Below are positions 35,817 through 44,736 of a DNA stretch of 64,000 nucleotides, in pieces. Location: the IMG/VR virus record IMGVR_UViG_3300045988_122538, one strand, 5' to 3'. The stretch is from a virus. The notes below the pieces were generated by a model. The model saw only the letters and a program-made list of their open reading frames with translations, ran no database searches and had not been told where the DNA came from. Position 1 is the first letter of the stretch. Each line of letters opens with the position of its first letter. The translations under genes and the position numbers were made by a program.

Positions 35817-36807
35817 TGTAGAATTGATACTTCAAAAGCTTGAATCATTCGGATTCATTCGAATACATAAACAAGCTGGTAACTACATGCAGATATACTG
35901 CCCATTTCATTCAGATGGTAATGAAAGAAAACCGTCATGCGGTGTATTACTGCACGAAGAATATAAAAATGGCAGACACTATCCTCAAGGTTGGACACAT
36001 TGTTTCACATGTGGTTATGCTGAATCTCTACCAGATATGATTACTGACTTGCTTAAGTTGAAGTCAATATCACAAACTGGCATTGATTGGTTAGTTCAAA
36101 ATATTCCTGGATTTGTTCCTGATTTTGAATCTGAATTTGAAGCATTGATACCAGATACACTTATGTCTACATTAAATGATAAATATGCTGTAAACTATAT
36201 TCAGTCTATAACTCAGCCTAAACCTGATTATATATCTGAAAGTGAACTTGCATCTTATAGATTCACTATACCATATATGTATGAACGCAAATTGACTGAT
36301 GAAATAATTGATAAATTTGATGTAGGATATGATGCAAATTGGGTAGCACCTGGAAGAACTAAACCTACTCCGTGTGTTACATTTCCAGTGAGAGATAAAT
36401 CTGGGAACACGTTATTTTTCTGTAGACGAAGTGTTAAAGGTAAATTTTTCAACTATCCTACAGGTGTTACAAAACCTGTATATGGTCTATATGAGTTACC
36501 TGAACACTGTAAATCCGTTGTAATCTGTGAAAGCTGCTTCAACGCACTTACTTGCTGGGTATACGGTAAACCAGCTGTTGCACTTTTAGGGACAGGTAAT
36601 TCATACCAGATACAGCAACTTAAGGAGCTTGGAGTACAAGAATTTATACTTGCATTTGATCCAGACGAAGCAGGTCAGCGTGCTACTGCTAAGTTGAAGA
36701 AAGCATTGAAGGGAGTAGCAATTGTTTGGTCATTTGTAGGTATACCTGCAGGTAAGGACATAAATGATTTGACCAAAGAAGAATTTGACTCACTAGAGTT
36801 AGAATGA
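35809..36807 (+). CDS. dnaG: DNA primase (zinc finger + TOPRIM)
   Basis: CPFHSDGNERKPSC zinc-binding motif, TOPRIM Glu (VICESCFNALT) and DxD (AFDPDEAGQRA). Confidence 0.85.
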   Translation: MVDVELILQKLESFGFIRIHKQAGNYMQIYCPFHSDGNERKPSCGVLLHEEYKNGRHYPQGWTHCFTCGYAESLPDMITDLLKLKSISQTGIDWLVQNIPGFVPDFESEFEALIPDTLMSTLNDKYAVNYIQSITQPKPDYISESELASYRFTIPYMYERKLTDEIIDKFDVGYDANWVAPGRTKPTPCVTFPVRDKSGNTLFFCRRSVKGKFFNYPTGVTKPVYGLYELPEHCKSVVICESCFNALTCWVYGKPAVALLGTGNSYQIQQLKELGVQEFILAFDPDEAGQRATAKLKKALKGVAIVWSFVGIPAGKDINDLTKEEFDSLELE

Positions 36808-36811
36808 GGTA

Positions 36812-37210
36812 ATGCAAATGAATTCTAAAGAATCGGAACTTAAATTGTCAGAAGACTTGTCACATGTTTTAGCATTTCTTAGAAACATATTAACAATATA
36901 TTCTCAAAATAGAGAAATGCTATCTACATATGATAGAAAAACAAGTGATTTCAATCATGCTCTCGAATTATACAATCTGAGTTATAATGAAAGAGCGAAG
37001 TTAGCAACTAAACAGCGTGATAATCTGATTGAAAGACGTAAGTGTAAAGACATCATTTATGAGTATCAGCCTGTTGCTGACTTACTTGACTCTAAAGAGG
37101 GTCATAGATTTTTGAATCTACTGAGTGAAGCATTAGGGAAAGTTCGTAAAGAAGAGAAAGCTCATGAAAACAGAACATATCGAAAACGTATAGCTGATGA
37201 TAAGGAGTAA
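36812..37210 (+). CDS. Hypothetical protein
   Basis: 132-aa helical, charged ORF. Confidence 0.5.
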   Translation: MQMNSKESELKLSEDLSHVLAFLRNILTIYSQNREMLSTYDRKTSDFNHALELYNLSYNERAKLATKQRDNLIERRKCKDIIYEYQPVADLLDSKEGHRFLNLLSEALGKVRKEEKAHENRTYRKRIADDKE

Positions 37211-37213
37211 TAC

Positions 37214-37693
37214 ATGAAGCGTAATGATTATATAAGTTGGGATACATATTTTATGGGAGTTGCTATGCTTGCGTCTAAACGAAGCAAAGATCCATCTACA
37301 CAGGTAGGTGCTTGCATTGTAAATAATAATGATATCATTGTAGGCGTAGGGTATAACGGTATGCCAAGAGGTTGTTCTGATGATACTATGCCTTGGGCAC
37401 GTTCTGCAACTAGCCCTTTACATACTAAATATCTATTTGTGTGTCATGCTGAGCTAAATGCTATACTTAATGCAAATACTGCAAGCTTAAAAGATTGTAC
37501 ACTGTATGCTACTTTGTTCCCTTGTAATGAATGTGCTAAAGCTATAATTCAAAGTGGTATCAAACGTGTTGTATATTATGAAGATAAATATGCAGATACT
37601 GATAGTGTTAAAGCATCAAAGCTTTTGTTTGCTACTAGCGGTATTTCTGTTGAAGCTTACACTAAATCTGATACTGTAACATTATTACTTTGA
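37214..37693 (+). CDS. dCMP deaminase
   Basis: Zinc motifs CHAELNA and PCNECAK. The opening WDTYFMGVAMLASKRSKDP is typical of ComEB/dCMP deaminases. Confidence 0.9.
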   Translation: MKRNDYISWDTYFMGVAMLASKRSKDPSTQVGACIVNNNDIIVGVGYNGMPRGCSDDTMPWARSATSPLHTKYLFVCHAELNAILNANTASLKDCTLYATLFPCNECAKAIIQSGIKRVVYYEDKYADTDSVKASKLLFATSGISVEAYTKSDTVTLLL

Positions 37694-37699
37694 TAGTGT

Positions 37700-37709
37700 G
37701 ATCGTTATT
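37700..37709 (+). promoter_or_regulatory. Weaker variant of the recurrent motif (GATCGTTATT)
   Basis: Intergenic, 29 nt upstream of the ATG at 37738. Confidence 0.3.
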
Positions 37710-37737
37710 ATTAGTACAACAAAACATGGAGGTGCTT

Positions 37738-38307
37738 ATGTTGAAAATTTTCTTTGATACAGAGTTTACAGGATTACACCAAGGTACTACATTGATAAGC
37801 ATTGGGCTTATCACAGAAGCTGGTGAGACATTTTATGCAGAGTTTACAGATTATGATCAGTCTCAATTGACTGACTGGATCAGGGATAATGTTATTGCTA
37901 ATCTCCAATTAGTCAACAACCCTATAGCTGATCCGTTCATTTCATATAAATCTCCGTATCTACCAATATTTACTAATGTTAAAATGTATGGTAGTCGATA
38001 TGAGGTTGCAGATGCTTTACGAGATTGGCTTGAACAGTTTGGAGAAACAATTGAGATGTGGAGCGACTGTCTCGCATATGATTGGGTCTTATTTTGTGAG
38101 CTGTTCGGAGGCGCATTTCATATACCGTCTTGTGTATATTATATACCTTTTGATCTATCTACATTGTTTCAAATCAAAGGAATTGATCCTGATATTGATC
38201 GTGAATTATTTGCATTCAGCGGTTCTGATAAATCACCTGACAGTATGCTCAAACATAACAGTTTATGGGATGCTATTATCATCCGTAAGTGTTATGAAAA
38301 ATGCTAA
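37738..38307 (+). CDS. DEDDh 3'-5' exonuclease (Rv2179c-like)
   Basis: FFDTEFTGL (DxE), LISIG, and the C-terminal HNSLWDA (Hx4D). ATG at 37738 follows GGAGGTG. Confidence 0.65.
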   Translation: MLKIFFDTEFTGLHQGTTLISIGLITEAGETFYAEFTDYDQSQLTDWIRDNVIANLQLVNNPIADPFISYKSPYLPIFTNVKMYGSRYEVADALRDWLEQFGETIEMWSDCLAYDWVLFCELFGGAFHIPSCVYYIPFDLSTLFQIKGIDPDIDRELFAFSGSDKSPDSMLKHNSLWDAIIIRKCYEKC

Positions 38308-38321
38308 ATGGAGGTTCATAA

Positions 38322-39188
38322 ATGAAATGTATATATCATAATGATATGGATGGTAGATGTGCAGGGGCATTAGTTGCTAGATATACTGGTAATTATAATA
38401 AAGATGATTTTATCGAGTGTAGCTATACACAATTTCCACTTCATAAAATTGAACGTGGTGAATCTGTTTACATTGTTGATTATTCATTCACAGATGCAAC
38501 TGTTCATATCCTTCGTCAGATGGTAGAAAAGCAGTGCAACATTGTATGGATAGATCATCATACATCTAGCATACAATTACAGAATAAGTATGAGTATGAA
38601 TGGTTAAAACGTATAGATGGTATACGTGATGAGAGTCAGAGTGGTGCTGGATTAACTTACAGCTATTTTCATTCTATGGAGGGTCATCTTGATGTTGAAA
38701 AGCTTCCTAGATTTGTTCAGCTTGTTGATGATTATGATAGATGGGTTTACCGTTTAGGGGAGGATACAACTTATTTCAAACTAGGTTTGGAAACTATTGA
38801 ATTTGATGCACTTGATAGTATTTGGAGAGAGCTCATGCTTTCTGATGAAAAGGTAGATTCTATCATTGCAGTAGGTGCTATAATAAAGCAATATATTGAC
38901 AAGTCAAATGCATCTTATCTCAAGAGCTACAGTTATGAGTCTACAATTTCGGGTTTACCTTGTCTTGTAATCAATAAACGCACTAACAGCTGGATATTTG
39001 CTGACAAGATTGATGAATATCCAATTGTAGCTACATTTGTTTTTGATGGTGAATGGTACCACTATTCATTATATTCATCTGATAAAACTGTAGATTGCAG
39101 CAAGATTGCAGAGCAGTATGGCGGAGGCGGCCATAAAGGGGCTGCTGGTTTCACATTAAACAGATTGATCTTTGACAAGCGTTCATAA
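38322..39188 (+). CDS. DHH/DHHA1 phosphoesterase (NrnA-like)
   Basis: HNDMDGRCAG (motif I), IDHHTSS (DHH), C-terminal GGGGHKGAAGF (DHHA1). Confidence 0.8.
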   Translation: MKCIYHNDMDGRCAGALVARYTGNYNKDDFIECSYTQFPLHKIERGESVYIVDYSFTDATVHILRQMVEKQCNIVWIDHHTSSIQLQNKYEYEWLKRIDGIRDESQSGAGLTYSYFHSMEGHLDVEKLPRFVQLVDDYDRWVYRLGEDTTYFKLGLETIEFDALDSIWRELMLSDEKVDSIIAVGAIIKQYIDKSNASYLKSYSYESTISGLPCLVINKRTNSWIFADKIDEYPIVATFVFDGEWYHYSLYSSDKTVDCSKIAEQYGGGGHKGAAGFTLNRLIFDKRS

Positions 39189-39318
39189 TATATAGTGCAG
39201 AACCTTACATATCTCTGCACTTAAGTTGCAAAGATATAAGATGTGGTAAGTTAGCGAATTCACTATATTTACTCAAAACAGTTTGCTAAAATACTATATG
39301 AATGTGAGGTAATTTGAA

Positions 39319-39627
39319 TTGAATACATCTGATATGTATACAACATTAAGCACACGTACTAAGAACAAGCTATCACGGATACAGCAGAATATATTTCAGC
39401 TGTATCCTGAAATATCTGAACTTGGAATTCAAATATATAATCACACCGGATTCAGAGGTGGTAAGTCTGGATTTGAACTTTGTTTCCAAATAAAATCTAA
39501 AAAGTTAAATGATACAGAAACAGATATATCTTGTGTGTTTACACGTGATATATCTCAGGTGGAATCTAGTAGCATAATGCGTCAATTCAGGCAAAGATAC
39601 ACCAGCTGTGTTTATAATATTCATTGA
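39319..39627 (+). CDS. Hypothetical protein (TTG start, uncertain)
   Basis: 102-aa ORF. GAGGT lies 8 nt upstream of the TTG. No motif recognised. Confidence 0.4.
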   Translation: MNTSDMYTTLSTRTKNKLSRIQQNIFQLYPEISELGIQIYNHTGFRGGKSGFELCFQIKSKKLNDTETDISCVFTRDISQVESSSIMRQFRQRYTSCVYNIH

Positions 39628-39650
39628 TCTGGTTCAAAAAAATATTATTA

Positions 39651-39750
39651 AGAAACTATTAAATTTTGCAAAAATGCTTGACTTTTTCTCCAAAATCGTA
39701 TATAATAATATATGTAGGGACAAGACAATACCTACAACATATCAAAAAAT
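39651..39750 (+). promoter_or_regulatory. Conserved promoter-leader cassette A
   Basis: TTGACT (39678-83), 17 nt, TATAAT (39701-06). A 5'-proximal hairpin is formed by TGTAGG (39713-18) and CCTACA (39731-36), followed by ACATATCAAAA. Almost identical to 52668-52766. Confidence 0.7.
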
Positions 39751-39778
39751 CATAGATGTTAAAAAGGAGTAAAAAGTC

Positions 39779-40705
39779 ATGGGCACAAAAATGTTCAAAA
39801 ACAGGGAAACAAATTTCGAGGCAGCTCGCAGAAAGGCTATCGCACGTTGGTCTGATAACATTCCGGTATCTGAAACACCGTTCTACGCAGCACGTTCTCG
39901 CTTCAGGAGTGTAGTAGGTTATGAGCCGTTGTCTTATGAGGAGTGGTTGTCTTTGGATGACCAGTATAAGGCAGCGGCTCTTTTTGTTACCTTCTTCGAC
40001 CAGATCACTCTCGCATGGAGCAAGGCAAAAAGCTTCTACGTTCTCGAGGAGGATGGTGTATCTGAGATGATGAAATATCTCATGAAGAATACACCTCTGA
40101 TCGCTTCTAAGAAAAGCAAATACTCTCCGGCATACATCTACAGAGTGGCATATAACTGCCTGTACTGCATTAGTCGTGATATCAAGCGTGACAGACTGGC
40201 ATATGAAAATAATGTTCCGCAGTATGTTCAGTGCGGCGATGATGTATTGGATCTGTTCGATACTGTATGCGACACTGAGGATATGGACAACACTATCAGC
40301 AAGAAAAAGTTCTGGGCTCTGGTTGACAATCAGGAGTGGGATGTTAAGGCTATGATTGTCAAAATTCTCGAAGGTGGTGCTTTGCCTGCAGGTATCCCGA
40401 TGAAGCGTCGTGCTGAAATTATGGAGGAACTCAAAACTACTTTTGCAGATTATAAGGCACTCTTCTATGGTGAGTCTGAACAGAAACACGAACTGACATT
40501 TGCATATGTACTGCAGAACGACGACAAAATTGCTTCTGCAGTTGTAGAAATGCCGAACGGCGAGTCTGCTGTATATTATGGCCAGAAGCTGTACAGAAAC
40601 AACAAGGTGTACAGAATTGAATTCTTTGGATCTACTCAGGACTATCTGTTTGCAGCTGAGACAGCACGTGGCTTCAAGGTAACCGACATTGAGATGTACA
40701 GATAA
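39779..40705 (+). CDS. Sigma-factor-like protein (tentative) in a GC-richer, codon-biased segment
   Basis: Region-2-like DQYKAAALFVTFFDQI...AYIYRVAYNCLYCISRDIKRD. Region-4-like VKAMIVKILEGGALPAGIPMKRRAEIMEEL. Strong promoter and RBS AAAAGGAG. The CDS itself is well supported; the function is not. Confidence 0.4.
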   Translation: MGTKMFKNRETNFEAARRKAIARWSDNIPVSETPFYAARSRFRSVVGYEPLSYEEWLSLDDQYKAAALFVTFFDQITLAWSKAKSFYVLEEDGVSEMMKYLMKNTPLIASKKSKYSPAYIYRVAYNCLYCISRDIKRDRLAYENNVPQYVQCGDDVLDLFDTVCDTEDMDNTISKKKFWALVDNQEWDVKAMIVKILEGGALPAGIPMKRRAEIMEELKTTFADYKALFYGESEQKHELTFAYVLQNDDKIASAVVEMPNGESAVYYGQKLYRNNKVYRIEFFGSTQDYLFAAETARGFKVTDIEMYR

Positions 40706-40756
40706 TAGGAGATATAATCTCTGATACATATCTAATCATCAACTAGTCAATAAACA

Positions 40757-40766
40757 AATCGTTATA
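40757..40766 (+). promoter_or_regulatory. Recurrent motif AATCGTTATA(AT)
   Basis: Reads AAATCGTTATAATACATGTAGG, i.e. the motif fused to TATAAT and the ACATGTAG start region seen at the consensus promoters. About 100 nt upstream of the ATG at 40868. Confidence 0.45.
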
Positions 40767-40867
40767 ATACATGTAGGTCGGACAGCCAATTCGGCTTACA
40801 TGTTTTATAATGTGCCTGATGAACAGGCACATATCATCATATCAAGAAACCAATAGGAGGTATTATT

Positions 40868-41587
40868 ATGGCATTCAAAAGCGTAGACGAATACAACAAG
40901 GAACAGTATGGTGGTCTTTTCAGACTTCCGAATGATCAGGATTGTGCAGATGTCATCTTCCTTTACAGACAGCATTCTGATGCACTCGTAGCTGACACAC
41001 ACTACATCAAAACAGCTGATTACAGTGGATATGTACACTGTACAGGTCGTGGCTGTCCTGCTTGTGCTAAGGGCATCAGAAAGCAGACAAAGATCTTTGT
41101 ACCGCTGTATAACATCACAGAGGGTGAACCGCAGTTTTGGGACAGAACACCGTCGTTTGAACCTCAGCTGAACACAGAGGTATTTTCACGTTTTCCAAAT
41201 CCAAGTGATTTCGTATTCCGTATCACAAGACATGGCGTTGCACGTGATGTTAACACTCGATATCAGATTGTTGCAACTAGCAACAACACCTTCAAGTCTT
41301 TTGATCAGATCTTGTCCGAAAACAACATCTCCTTCCCTGAATTCTATGAACAGATCTGCAAGGATGTCGATGCTGCTACACTTTCAAGCTGGCTCAGCAC
41401 AGCAGGATCAGCTGCAACTGGTTACAGCAATGAAGCGATGCCGGACTATACGCCTACACCACGAGCTAATCCGTCAGCCATTGCACCGTCAGCTCCTATT
41501 ACACCACCTCCGTCTCTTGATGAAGTTGGTATTGATCCGTCAATCAGCATGGGTGCTGAAGAAGTAGATCCTGACGTTAATTTCTAA
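40868..41587 (+). CDS. Single-stranded DNA-binding protein (tentative)
   Basis: Zinc-finger-like HCTGRGCPAC. Pro/Ser-rich linker. Acidic C-terminal tail ending EEVDPDVNF, analogous to SSB/gp2.5 tails that end in an aromatic residue. Adjacent to the polymerase. Confidence 0.5.
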   Translation: MAFKSVDEYNKEQYGGLFRLPNDQDCADVIFLYRQHSDALVADTHYIKTADYSGYVHCTGRGCPACAKGIRKQTKIFVPLYNITEGEPQFWDRTPSFEPQLNTEVFSRFPNPSDFVFRITRHGVARDVNTRYQIVATSNNTFKSFDQILSENNISFPEFYEQICKDVDAATLSSWLSTAGSAATGYSNEAMPDYTPTPRANPSAIAPSAPITPPPSLDEVGIDPSISMGAEEVDPDVNF

Positions 41588-41601
41588 TAGCAGATGATAG
41601 G

Positions 41602-41640
41602 TAGCTCTGTAGTTCGTTATTATAACAGCTACAGGGCTAT
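41602..41640 (+). terminator. 11-bp hairpin whose 17-nt loop carries the TTCGTTAT motif
   Basis: TAGCTCTGTAG (41602-12) pairs with CTACAGGGCTA (41630-40), including one G-U, followed by TTTATATATTT. Confidence 0.45.
41611..41621 (+). promoter_or_regulatory. Recurrent motif AGTTCGTTATT followed by TATAAC
   Basis: Intergenic, about 40 nt upstream of the polymerase start. Confidence 0.4.
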
Positions 41641-41657
41641 TTATATATTTATAGGAG

Positions 41658-44312
41658 GTGATGAGCTTGGGTTTATTTAGTAGAGCCCAAATTGCTCAAG
41701 TTAATGCAATTGCTGAAAAAAGTAAAGCATCTCTTGAACAGTCTGCTCCAAAAACAGCAAGATCGACAAAAGGATTGAATGCTGAGTTAAAAGCGATGTC
41801 AGATGCTGTAATAGAGTACTTCAAAGATTCTAAAGCTATATTGATCACAAGCAAAGAACAGCTACATGATTATGTAACTAATCTCATAGATTCTGGATAT
41901 GGTAGTCTAGATACAGAGACAACTGGACTTGATCGTATAAGAGATACTATTGTCGGAGCATCTCTATATTATCCAGGTGGTGTAGAATGCTACATACCTA
42001 GTAAACATCTTGTACCTATTTTTGATGCACCTTATAAAGATCAGTTGACATATGAAGAGATTGGCGAAGAGCTTCAGCGAATTGCAGATAGCAGTGTAAA
42101 ACTTATTTTTGCAAATGCTGACTTTGACTTATCTATGATTTACAAAGATCTTAAAGTTGATCTTATCAAGAATTGTTACTATGATGTTATTCTTGCTTGG
42201 AGATGCTTGAAGGAGAATGAACGAAACAATCGACTGAAAGAGCTGTATAACAAATATGTTCTTAAGGGTAAAGGAGATCCTAAAACCTTTAGTGATTTCT
42301 TCCCTCCAAAGCTATTCCCATATTGCAAGCCTGAAGTTGCAAAGCTATATGCTGCAAACGACGCAAAAATTACATATGAGTTGTTTACATGGCAATTACC
42401 ATATGTTATGAAAGATAATCCTAAATGTAAGAAGAATCATCTTGAAGCAATATCTGATCTTATTTGGGGTGTAGAATTTCCGTTGATGGGTGTGTGTCAG
42501 AAGATGCACAGAGATGGTATCTATATTGAACCGTCTATGGCGGAGATGCTGAATAGAAAATATCTCCCAATTGCAGATGCAGAACTTAAGAAACTTCAGG
42601 GTATGGTGCAAGAAATACTCGATAATCCTAAATACACAACACGTGTAAAAAGACCATTTTTACGTGCTACAGATTTTAATCCTGAGTCTACTCCTCATGT
42701 AGCTTGGTTATGCTATGATTTGATGAAACTTGATTCAGGTAAAGGTGGTAGAAGCACTAATAAAGAGATTCTAGGAACATTCAATGCTCCTGTTGCAAAA
42801 CAAATTCTAAAATGCAGAAGTTTAGGAGTTCTTATCAGCACATTTGTGAAGAAATTACCTAACGCTGTAGGTCCTGACGGTAAGATCCATTGTACATTCA
42901 AACAAATTGGTGCTGATACAGGACGATTTAGTTCTGCAGATCCTAATATGCAGAATATTCCATCAAAAGCTGGAGATATTCGTAGAATGTTCAGAGCTAT
43001 GCCGGGTCATGTTTTGATGTCTTCTGACTATTCTCAGCAAGAACCAAAACTCACAGCATATGTAAGCCAAGACGAGAAGATGGTTCAAGCTTTCAAAGAT
43101 AATAAGGATATTTATTCTATCATTGCTAGTATTGCATTTGGTGTTCCTTATGAGGACTGTCTTGAATTCAAGCCGACTGGTAAGTTTGATGAAGATGGTA
43201 ATCCTATTAAGGTATATAATGCTTCTGGTAAAGCTCGAAGAGGTGAGGCAAAGACCATTGTACTTGGAATTACATATGGTCGTTCTGTAGTTACAATTGC
43301 AGATCAGTTATATGCACATGAACCTTGGTCTGATGAGGAAAAAATCAAGAAAGCACAACATGTATTCGATTCTGTTTTGAATGCATTTCCATCACTTAGA
43401 AAGTTGATGATAAATGCACAGAATTGTGCAAAAACAAATGGATATGTTGAAACTATTCTAGGACGTAGACGTCATATACCTGATATGCAACTTCCTGAGT
43501 TTGAATTCAAGCCTATGAAAGGGTATGTTAACCCTGACATTGATCCGCTTGATGTATCTACACTCGATAATCAAGAATCTATACCACAGAGAGTTGTTGA
43601 TAGACTCTATAAGGAGCTTACAAGTTACAAATACTTCGGTCAAGTTGCAAAGCGTATAAGAGAATTAGCCGAGAACGATCATATTAAGGTTATAAATAAC
43701 CGATTCAAGATTCAAGAAGCTTCAAGAAAATGTGTAAATTCTATAATTCAAGGTAGTGCAGCTGAGCAGACAAAACTTGCTATGTTGCTCATCGATAATG
43801 ATCCAGAATGGAACGCATTAGGTGGACATGTTATACTTCCTGTACATGACGAACTTATCGCAGAAGTTCCTATTGAGAATTGGGAGGCTTGTGCAAATAG
43901 ACTGAGTAAATTGATGTGTGACGCAGCTAGTTTCTTACCGTTTGCAAGTAAATGTGATGTTACTGTATCTTATAGATGGAACGGTATGGAGTATCCTTGT
44001 AAATATCCTAAACCTAATTCATTGGATAATCTCACAGAAGATGAAGTAATGTGGGTTCAATATCATTTGTTTGAATGTGGATATGAATTACCTGTATTCA
44101 AAACTCCGGATGGTGATAAACCGGAGGGTGATGCAGCACTTGGTGTAAATGGTGTAGTAACAGATCAATATAATAGTTACATTCGTGACTATTGTAATCG
44201 TTATAATATTACAGAAGATGAGTTTATCTATCATATTCATACCAAGGTGCATACAGGTTCGGCACCTGTTAAACAGCTTGGAGATTATAAACAAATCTCA
44301 TCTAAATCATAA
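41658..44312 (+). CDS. polA: Family A DNA polymerase with 3'-5' exonuclease domain
   Basis: Exo motifs LDTETTGLD and NADFDL. Pol motif A DYSQQEPKL, motif B RRGEAKTIVLGITYG, motif C PVHDEL. The exact start is ambiguous (GTG 41658 / ATG 41661 / TTG 41667). Confidence 0.9.
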   Translation: MMSLGLFSRAQIAQVNAIAEKSKASLEQSAPKTARSTKGLNAELKAMSDAVIEYFKDSKAILITSKEQLHDYVTNLIDSGYGSLDTETTGLDRIRDTIVGASLYYPGGVECYIPSKHLVPIFDAPYKDQLTYEEIGEELQRIADSSVKLIFANADFDLSMIYKDLKVDLIKNCYYDVILAWRCLKENERNNRLKELYNKYVLKGKGDPKTFSDFFPPKLFPYCKPEVAKLYAANDAKITYELFTWQLPYVMKDNPKCKKNHLEAISDLIWGVEFPLMGVCQKMHRDGIYIEPSMAEMLNRKYLPIADAELKKLQGMVQEILDNPKYTTRVKRPFLRATDFNPESTPHVAWLCYDLMKLDSGKGGRSTNKEILGTFNAPVAKQILKCRSLGVLISTFVKKLPNAVGPDGKIHCTFKQIGADTGRFSSADPNMQNIPSKAGDIRRMFRAMPGHVLMSSDYSQQEPKLTAYVSQDEKMVQAFKDNKDIYSIIASIAFGVPYEDCLEFKPTGKFDEDGNPIKVYNASGKARRGEAKTIVLGITYGRSVVTIADQLYAHEPWSDEEKIKKAQHVFDSVLNAFPSLRKLMINAQNCAKTNGYVETILGRRRHIPDMQLPEFEFKPMKGYVNPDIDPLDVSTLDNQESIPQRVVDRLYKELTSYKYFGQVAKRIRELAENDHIKVINNRFKIQEASRKCVNSIIQGSAAEQTKLAMLLIDNDPEWNALGGHVILPVHDELIAEVPIENWEACANRLSKLMCDAASFLPFASKCDVTVSYRWNGMEYPCKYPKPNSLDNLTEDEVMWVQYHLFECGYELPVFKTPDGDKPEGDAALGVNGVVTDQYNSYIRDYCNRYNITEDEFIYHIHTKVHTGSAPVKQLGDYKQISSKS

Positions 44313-44324
44313 GGAGGTTATATT

Positions 44325-44723
44325 TTGGAAAATTCTACATTTGTAGCTGTACGTAAGTTAAGTACAATTCAGAAACGTGAAAAACTCAATGACGTCTATG
44401 CAATGGACGAACCAGGAAACGGCGGAGCTAATCATACTTATGCTGTATATAAGTCTGGTGAAACGCCTACCATTCTCAATGAGCCGCTTGTAATCATTCA
44501 GCTTCAGAATGGAGCAAGGAAAATTCCGGATAGCATTCATGGCGTAATTGATACTGACCTGCTGGAAATTGTTCGTGACCGACTTAAGTCATTTCAGAAT
44601 GGTGAGTTTGCTACAAGGGAAAATGCTTGTGCTTTGACTCATATCGAAGAGGCACTTATGTGGTTGAATCGTCGTGTTGAGGACAGAATCGAGAGAAATG
44701 TTCTCGGAACAGATAACAAGTAA
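44325..44723 (+). CDS. Hypothetical protein
   Basis: 132-aa ORF. TTG start 8 nt after AAGGAGG. Confidence 0.5.
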   Translation: MENSTFVAVRKLSTIQKREKLNDVYAMDEPGNGGANHTYAVYKSGETPTILNEPLVIIQLQNGARKIPDSIHGVIDTDLLEIVRDRLKSFQNGEFATRENACALTHIEEALMWLNRRVEDRIERNVLGTDNK

Positions 44724-44736
44724 TGGAGGTTATATA

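Noticed and set aside
37976-38341. 121-aa + strand ORF in an alternative frame inside the exonuclease gene. Likewise 41205-41567 inside the SSB-like gene, 8418-8582 upstream of the second Lar-like gene, and 44674-44736 upstream of the clamp-like gene.
   Set aside because: These are overlapping-frame or 5'-extended versions of better-supported genes. The internal starts with RBSs give products that begin at recognisable family N-termini.
39659-40729. 356-aa ORF on the minus strand, the longest minus-strand ORF in the window
   Set aside because: It lies entirely antisense to the well-supported + strand gene 39779-40705, which has a promoter, an RBS and a sensible protein. Its own translation is Cys/Leu/Arg-rich low-information sequence with no RBS. 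Its existence is explained by the GC-rich codon bias of the sense gene.
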